From: Hormiphora californensis
Taxonomy: Eukaryota; Animalia; Ctenophora
Assembly (NCBI GenBank): GCA_020137815.1
Contig: CM035360.1
Span: 1,302,001-1,366,000, forward strand
Length of the DNA stretch: 64,000 bases
Direction: 5' to 3'
The notes below the pieces were generated by a model. It was not told the origin of the DNA and made no database searches. It saw only the letters and a list, made by a program, of their open reading frames with translations. Made by a program: the position numbers and the translations under genes. Shown piece by piece: positions 42,701 through 51,700 of the stretch (position 1 is the stretch's first letter; each line of letters starts with the position of its first letter).

Positions 42701-45700
42701 CACTGCTAATGATTCAGAACGATCCCATATCAAGGCTGTAACGAGACATGTGATAAGAACAGTAATTACCAAGGCTGCACAACAGTTCCTCGCACTACCA
42801 GTGAGAACTCTCGCAGTTGTTCGAATTTGTTGGGTTGCCCAGACAACTGTCACTGGAAACAGAGAGCAAGAGTCAAGTTATCGGCCGAGGAAGTTGGTTG
42901 AACCAATGATCAGGATGACAAGAGATAAGAAATTCGGTCCGGTTACAATGAAGGTGATCAGTGAACACCAGGAATTGGTTTTAAAAACCGGGAATCGGAA
43001 AATCACAGATGAAGAGGAAAAGACGATGGTGGTCAAGATTGTCATAGTTAGACACGCCGTTCTGAAGGGCAACAAAGGTACTAACATGAGCTTTACGTAT
43101 AGGCAAAGGGTCTCACATAGCAACAGAAGTGTGATAAGGGTTAAAACCTCGCTCGCTGTGGTAGGCGAAATAGTAGGTTATCGGCTCTTGAAGCACTCCA
43201 GTTATACGTGGCCTAAGTTTGGGCAAACCTCTAAAGAGGGAAACATTCACACCGTTTCTTATACCGGCTCAAGAGTGGCATTTGTTTCCATGGCAACATC
43301 TGGAAGGCTCCACGTGCCACTAAGACAACAGGCCACTGCAGTAGCTCGGAAGGTGGACAATCGAGTCAAAATATCGAACTCAGCTGAAAGGGATATGTTT
43401 GTGGTGACAACTAAAATGAAGACAAGCACCAGAAAGCCCTTCCGCCTGTTTGATATCACTCTAAGAGGAAGGAGCTACTTGGCGACCAATGGAAAACTGT
43501 CCCTTTGGAAGATGGAGATACACCGCCTCGCTGACAGGATTATCATAAGAAACGAAGCGAAGAGGGTTATCGATATTCAAACAATCTTCAATGCTTTTGG
43601 GTACACCAGAATGCGGTACAGCGTAGCAAAACTACGGGTAAAAACGAAACCACTAAGGAAGATCCGACCATTTGTAGAATCAGCCAAGAGTTTGAAATCA
43701 GGCTCTTTAGTAGTACTTGGCAAAGGAATAATCAAGGAACGTGGCCCCGGAGTTACCATTGCATCAATTTGGAATCAAACTAACTTGGTCAGTTACCATG
43801 GTGATATCTAAGGAGCATTCTAGACGGAAGATCACAGTTACCAAAGACAAGATCACCGTACCAGCGAGCGTGAAGTACTTTGCCAGTCACCATCATACCA
43901 GGGTACAAATTGGCCTGCCAGTTGCTATAGAAACAAAACCCCAACACCGAACTCTTTCTTCAATGGAGGGAAAGTACCATGGTCTTCCATACCACATCTT
44001 CTCCACCCGGCCTGTATCTGTGATTCAGCACGTGGAGATAACACGGCGGATGAGAGCCCACTTCCTCACCTCAAAACAGTACGCTAGTGGCAGTGAGAGG
44101 AAGGGAATGAAGCGGTTCTTCTACCGTGAACACCCCCGACTGAGGGTAGTTGCGGAGTGGGAGGGAATCCTAACTCCAGTCATGAAATGGGAAATGTCGC
44201 GGGGAAAAATCCATGCTCTACCGACAACTGGTCGAGATTTACAGCCTGGACACACGGTAACATTGGAACGGAAGAGGATTGTCTACTATCTGGTGAGAAC
44301 ACTTCAACACTCAAAAACGCTGGGATCTGCACAAAATGAAACAAAGTTCACTCAGTTTAGAGTTGTGTTTAAACTCGTCATCAAGACTAGAGATCAACCT
44401 GCTATGGGATTCGTGACGTCCATCAAAGATGACTCCAAATCCATCTTTAGATTACAGATGTGGAGGGCCTGGAGTACAGAAGTTGTGGAAGGAAAGTATG
44501 CTACAAAGCTCGTTCCGAGGACCAACCCAAAACCGCGGTCAAAGAGGTCAGACAGCCACAAGCTGACAGCATTTGTGGAGTTGCGAGACAACTCTGCTAC
44601 AGAATTAGGACGCCGAACAGCCACATCCTTCCCTACACTCAGTACAAAACACCGTGTAACCCCAGTTCTTTATGCCGCATCAGAAAGATCAGATGCAACA
44701 TCTACAGTTGCCTACCCGCAGCCGGACACCCGAGTTGACACGGATCCTCACCATCACATGGCAACGAAGCATTTCCATGTGGCGGTTCTGCGGGGAGAGA
44801 TGCAGATCTGTGGAATGTACCAAAGAGTCTCAGTGAGTCGGTGGGTCAAACTATCCAACACTCCGGGAAGACATGATGGAGAACTCAGGACGCATCACCT
44901 TAAAAAGACAGCCCGACAAGCGGGTGACTTGGAGAAAGTGTATATTTGTGCAGATATGAAGAGGGCGACATTGAAAAGAGTTCAATTCAAACTTGCCGAG
45001 CCCGATTTCAAAACAATTTCTGGACCTCAGATGACTCTGGTATTGGTAACTGTGATAAAGATGCGGAAATATCTTGCGATGAAACATCTCGGTGACACGC
45101 ACAGCCTTGTATCTGGTAAAACAGTACAAGTATTGAGAAGAACAATTAAAAATCCAACCAGCAAGGGGACAGTGAGTTTGTCGGTGACAACTTTAGCAGC
45201 TCACCAAATGAGAAAAGTTAACAAAATATTACGAACTGTTTCAAGGGGATACGCATACCACAAAACACATGTCAGCTGGAGGAAAGAAACACGTCCTTTC
45301 ATGGATAAAGAAGACGGAAAGGTGCTAGAAAAGCATACCATCAAATCTTTTGTCTCCGCGGAGGTTTCTATCAATAAACCTGGGCTTCATCTCGTCCTCA
45401 CATCACCTGTAACACTGAAGACCAAATCTGGTATAATGGATCGAGCTCACATTCAACTTACAACTTCCATGGAGATGGTATCGGAGGTGACAGTACAACT
45501 GAGAATGAGAGACGACAGTCCCAAAGTTTCAGGATTCTCCCGCCTCTCCGTAACGAAGAGATCTTACTGTCTGGTTGGAGTGGACCCAACTGAAATAGGT
45601 AGATGGGAAATGAGACTCCGAGATGATATAAACGATGCACCCAAGATAGGCTTTGTGATGGAGCTTAAATCTGTCATAGAAGTACAAAGATACCGTCTCC

Positions 45701-48700
45701 ACCTTTACCGAGAGGTTACCATGGACACCGAATTCCATGTTCGTGTTCTCCCAAAGATCAAGTACACCTTTGTTGCTGACACGCAAATATACCGTGGAAG
45801 TGACAGTTTTACTGAGATGATAACATACAGAGACACAAGACATACCCTCTCTATTGAGACCGTCGGAGCTCGCATATGTAGCATCTCCTTCATAAAACTT
45901 GTCAAGGGTCGTGGAGAGAAAGTCGCTCCTTCATCAACAAGCTGTGAATTCAAAGCACTTGTCAAGAAGCTGGTTTACATTGTCGGTAACGGTAACATCC
46001 AGGTCACTGGGAAAGCTCCTAAAATTACCTTAATAACCAAACTTAGCTTCGCTCTGTCACGTCTGGGAGCCACTCGACTATCTATTGACCACCACATTTT
46101 ACGGGTAACAGGTCAAGGTATTCAACCCCGACGAATTCCACCTCTAATAACCCTGACATTCCACGAACAAGGTCCATCTTCAATTGTCGAGAGCGGTAAC
46201 CGGAAACGGCTACCAGTCAAACTAAAGATCTCCTTAGCACAGACTCGCGGGTATACTGTACAAATACCAACCGTAACAGTTGTACGGCGTCTCCCGCTAG
46301 TACCAAGTTCACGTGAAGCAGAGGGACACACAAGACCTTCCTCAAAGATACTTCTCACAAGAAACAGCGTGGCATCGCTAGTTTTGAGGAAAACTCGGCC
46401 TAACGAAATCAAGACTGCGGTTACCACTCGGTTTGTTAAGTACGATATCTCTCAGATATCCGCCGATCTGACTGCATCTCTAAGCATAACTACCAGTGCA
46501 AAAGATGAGTCAATCAAGGTTCGAAGGATTCAAAAAGTCAACATATCGAGGGCAACTCGTGCTACTACTCAAGGAAAGACCAATAAAAGAATAATGACCA
46601 TTATCGTAAAAACAAGCAAAGAAAAGGGCCATGGAATAATTATTCAAGACCCAAAGTTTTCTAATTCCCTTCACCACACATTCTCCATCAGCCATCGCCA
46701 GTTACCCCGGCAGCACTACACTCGGATTCATATTGTACAACTAATAAGGATGAGAGTGACTGACAGAAAGAGTGCACCAACTCCCAGATCCTCTGTCACC
46801 TCTTCAAATCTGCTCCAGGTGAGACACGGCAAGAAAGTGTTTACAGGGGTTACCGTTATTGTATGCCATCGAAAACCAAAATGTCACCCTCCTGGGTTAC
46901 CAAGACAACGCGGTGAAGGGTTACCAAGGCAACGCGGTGAAGGAAATAGTGGTGAAAATACAGATGATAAAAGATATGAAGGTGATGATAATAGTCTTCC
47001 AGATTGTGGGCCCGAAGCTAAACGTAGCTGTGATAAAAGACACGATCCTGACTGTGACCAGGGTGGCGAGTTGGAATTGGAAGAATCAAGACCACCACAC
47101 GGACAAAAATCCCATCACGATCCCAGACACAGTAATGTAGGACCAGGCTGCACGGCATCATCGGCTCAAGCTATCATCTTCCATTGGCGTCCTACCAACA
47201 TCAAATCAGTGACAACTGGGCATACCCTCCGGTACATTGGGGGACAACACGATGACATGGACAAAACTGGGACATCCATGAAGAGCTTTTCACCTGACAA
47301 AACGGTCAAGTTGTCAGTTCGTCCGGGTATCCCCACTCCTCCAATTAAGTTGAGTGATGTGGGATTGGTACCCATGGTAACCACCATCACAACTCACGTT
47401 GAACCGAGGATCCTTGTAGGAAATCTGAAACTCACCGTAGTTGACAAGGTTAGATTTACTGATAGACAGACTCGTGTCAGGATTGTGGCCAGGGGATACC
47501 TGGTATTGTCATCAACTGAAAATCCAGGACCAAAACATACCGTTATCATTGAGGTTATTCGACAGATGTTCCGTGTTGGAATTGGAAAAGACTCCCTTCA
47601 ACTACCAACTAAGCTAACTTCAGCTGTTATTGCCCATCCTCAAATCACAAGATACCAGGGCATGCTCGCTGCATCCCTTGTTGTCATGACAACGGCAAAG
47701 GATACAAAGTACGTGGTTAAAACTGCTTACAGATGGGACTACAACTGAGCAGAAACACCTGGTGAGAAGGTTAGTGATGAGGAAACGTGTTCTCTCCTTG
47801 AAGATAGCCGTGAAAGTTCAGGTACCAGAGCTGTACTTTGCTGAACCGGAAATCATTTCTTCCGTTAAAACTCGTCATTATGGACTGAGTGTTGCCATGG
47901 AGACGAACATGCTTCGATTCGATCTACTGACAAAGACCAACAAACCATTCCTTATTGGTAGGACTAAGAAGAACGAAATGGTACCTTACATTGTTTCAAA
48001 TACCGAGCTGAAGACTTTCCGACATAAGAAGTTCACCGGTGCCCGAGGACGACACGCTCTGCTACTAACTGTGAGCCTTCAGACTAAGAAGGTTTCACAT
48101 CGAGAGATCGGAAGAGTGAAGGGAATTGGCACCGACCACAAATGGAAACCTACTGCCGTGATAGTGTCAAAAGCTGATGTGATTCAAGGGCACGATACTT
48201 CTTCCCCAACGGATGCTCTCTCGACTAAAGCATTGGCGAGCTTCACCCCTAAGCACCTTTCTTCTAATCACAAGTGGTACCAGGGTATGGAGGTTTATCA
48301 CGAGGTTTATCACGAGGTAACCCCTCAAGTAAAACGGACCTCGTACCACGACATAGGGATGAGAGTTCTTGGCACCAAAGAAGGCACCAGAAAATGGGAG
48401 TTACCTGTATTTGTAGCTTCGTCCGCAAAGAAGCTCAGGCACACTGTCCAGCTAACTGCTGGAGTCAGATCAAAGGTTGAATCAGTAAGAAAAGCTCGGG
48501 TTCTCCAACTGACCAGTGTGAATCTCAGAGCTAAGATTAAGAAACATGATCCAAGGATAAAACTGCAGTCCGTGACAGAAAGAGATTCCTTCGTTGTAAG
48601 AACAAGGGCAAAGGATGACTCTTACAAGGTCACTACGTACATTACAACGCTGTTCTTGTACGAGCCAAACGTCAAAACAACCGAAAAGCGAACGGCAAAG

Positions 48701-51700
48701 ATCCTGAACTTCAGACAGTCTGTCACTTCAAAGCCAGAGCATGAGATGAGCTACAGCTATGGAGCGTCACAATCCATTAGTTCTGTTGTGCACGTGAAAC
48801 ATAGCAGGTTTGTACACACTGTGTACCTAAAACTCGGCATCATCCCCCGGATACGATTCCAGGCAGGACGGGTTTCTGGAAAGATAACAACACGGTTTAC
48901 CATTGCAGACGAGTCTGTCAAAGAGGGACTCATTGTTCACGGGAAATTCATATCTATCTCCCTTCAATACCCACTACTCGCAGGTTCACAAATAAAGAAG
49001 GTCCGGCGAATCTACCCTGTAATGAGCCAAGGATCCTCTCTTCAGCCGTTCGGTTACACTCTCACGATTCTCAAACCCCACAAACGCCGGCCAACTTTCA
49101 CCAGTGACCGAAGTGAGATTCCTCGGTAAATACAAACACCCGGAAACCAAATACAAGAGGCTACTTCAACCTCAAGAGTGAGGTCACCCAGGAGCTTTAC
49201 TGCAGTGAGGAAGGTCAAATACCGATATGAGGAGTTGAGGAGTTTGAAGTACCGACAGGACCAGGTTGATGCTAATGATCTCTCAATCAGAGAGGGCTAC
49301 ACCAACTTTGGTCTGTACGTCGAGGAAACATTTGATGATGTGGAGGAACGTCCAAGACCATTGGCCACAGTTGAAAGGATTGAAATTGAGATGATTGCCA
49401 TTTCCGCTCCCACCGTGCGGACCCATCCTAGAGTTTGAGGGACAATGGTTTCACAGAACTACCAAGTACAAGTTCGGTGGCCACAAGTTCATCCAGACAG
49501 AGGTTATGTTAAATCCTGGGGGGTGGTGGTAAACCCACTGCCTGGATAGAATCAGATGCAGTTAAGATTGGGGTGTTTGGGTCCCATGAGATACAATACA
49601 TTGGGGAGGAGAAGGCAACAACGAGCGTCATCATCCAACCATCCACCGCCAATACCCGGGATACACCCAAGGAGATCATTTCAGTTGCAAAGAATAAGCG
49701 AGTATTCGTGGTCCGTCAGCACACCTCCTTCAGAACGTTCTACTTTGATCTCAACACGGATAAACGCCCACGTGAGCACGTGATAAAGGGAGTTTTCTCG
49801 GAGCAGAGCAATCACCTTGACTACCATCTCCTCCAGTGTCGGGTCTACAAAGATCGGGTCAGGTTACGGTCAGGTGGAAGGAAACGGAAATTGAATAGGA
49901 TTGAGGGATTAAACACTCGCCAGAAGAGAGCTTGGAAGATTAGGTGCTCAAAAGCAGAACTTGCGAAGCGAGAAGTCCTCTCATTCGGTGTCCTGACACA
50001 ACCAGATCAGAGAATGGAGCTGATAATTTCCTCGGAAAATGGCTTCAATCCCCGATCAGAAACCGTATCCCAGTTGATTATCAATAATCCGCACTGGATC
50101 GTGTACACGACAACCCGCCACGATCACATGATTGACCGAAACCAAGATATTTCAAAGGTAAAGTTTGTGCTTGGAGGAAACTATCGGAGGGACCATGAGC
50201 AGAAAACTACTTCCTCATATGTTTATGGGAGCACGGAAGAGAGGAAGAGTGCCGAGTCGTACACCTTATCAGGACCGTTCAAGGTTCACTTTGAATCCAA
50301 GGGAAATCTGCATTCGGTACACTATCGGAATCTGCAAAAGACGACAGTGGAGTACAGGCTCGCAACGGAAAAGGAGCAGAAATCTGTTGAGGGGAAGTGG
50401 GGAGTCAGTACACTTTGAGTAAAGGAGCACAGAGTGCAGGGGAGTCATACAGTTTAGGACTTGGGAGAGAGTGGCGGGAAAGAATCAGAATCTTACACTC
50501 TCAAAACCGGCAGTGTCAGTGAACAATCTCAAGGACACTCGGTGAAGGGAGGAGAATCATTCAGTCTTCAACTGGACCAAGACAACCAGTACAATGAACA
50601 GTACACACTGCAAACGGAAGGCCAGGAAAAGAAGATTATCAAAGGCGAATCTTACACTCTGCAGCTGAATCAACAAGACCAAACCGCCAAACGGTTTTCT
50701 ATCTCCGCAGAAGATGGCAAGAAATATCAGTTGCAAACGGAAGGCCAGGAAAAGAAGATTATCAAAGGCGAATCTTACACTCTGCAGCTGAATCAACAAG
50801 ACGAAACCGCCAAACGGTTTTCTATCTCCGCAGAAGATGGCAAGAAATATCAGTTGCAAACGGAAGGCAAGGAGAAGACGATTATCAAAGGCGAATCTTA
50901 CACTCTCCAACTCGAGAAAGGAGGCTTTTCAAAGGAAGAATATTCAGTTGGTTACAAAACTGGTGGTAAAGCTGGAGTGGAACATAAATCGACAGAGTCG
51001 TACTCGCTTCAATACGATCAGGGTGATCAAAAGGTAGAGCAGTATTCGGTTGAGTATAAGACTGCTCAGTCTGCTAAGAAAACAGAAAAGAAGGAAGAAT
51101 CGTACTCTTTACAGATCGATCAAAGCGATGAAAAGGTTGACCAATATTCCGTTGAGTACAGGAAAGAGGGAGTGGAAGGACGTACACGATCAGAGAAATC
51201 CGCCGCAGCTACAACGAAGATGAAAGGGGTAAAGAAGAGCAAAGAATCCTACAGTTTGCAGTGGGATGAAGATAACAAGGAATCAGAGGAATACACATTC
51301 CAATACGATAGCACCAAACAAGAAGGGAAGACAGTCGTCCAAAAAGAATCATCAAGTGTTGTTAAAAAAGAACCATCCAGCGGTGTTAAAAAAGAAGAAA
51401 AGAAGGGAGTCACCAGAGAAGAATCTTACAGTCTTAAACTTGATGAAGCAAACGAACAGTCCGAGGAATACTCCGTCCTGGGACCAGAGAAAATTGACGA
51501 AAAGAAGACAGAAAAGGAGACAGAAAAGGAGACAGAAAGTAAGACAGAAAAGACCAAATCTGAATCCTACGATCTCCAACTGGACGAATACACGGAGGAA
51601 AAGGAAGATTACTCACTCGGATCACAGGGATCAGTTCACTTCAACAAATCGAGCACGACAGTAACCAAACATGCCCGAGCAGTAGGCGGTGGAGAGAGAA

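Noticed and set aside
9890-50470. Programmed ribosomal frameshifting or tiny introns at the ORF junctions
   Set aside because: No shared slippery motif or consistent GT-AG pairs. Paralogous units show one extra base, and the breaks cluster as expected for locally poor consensus.
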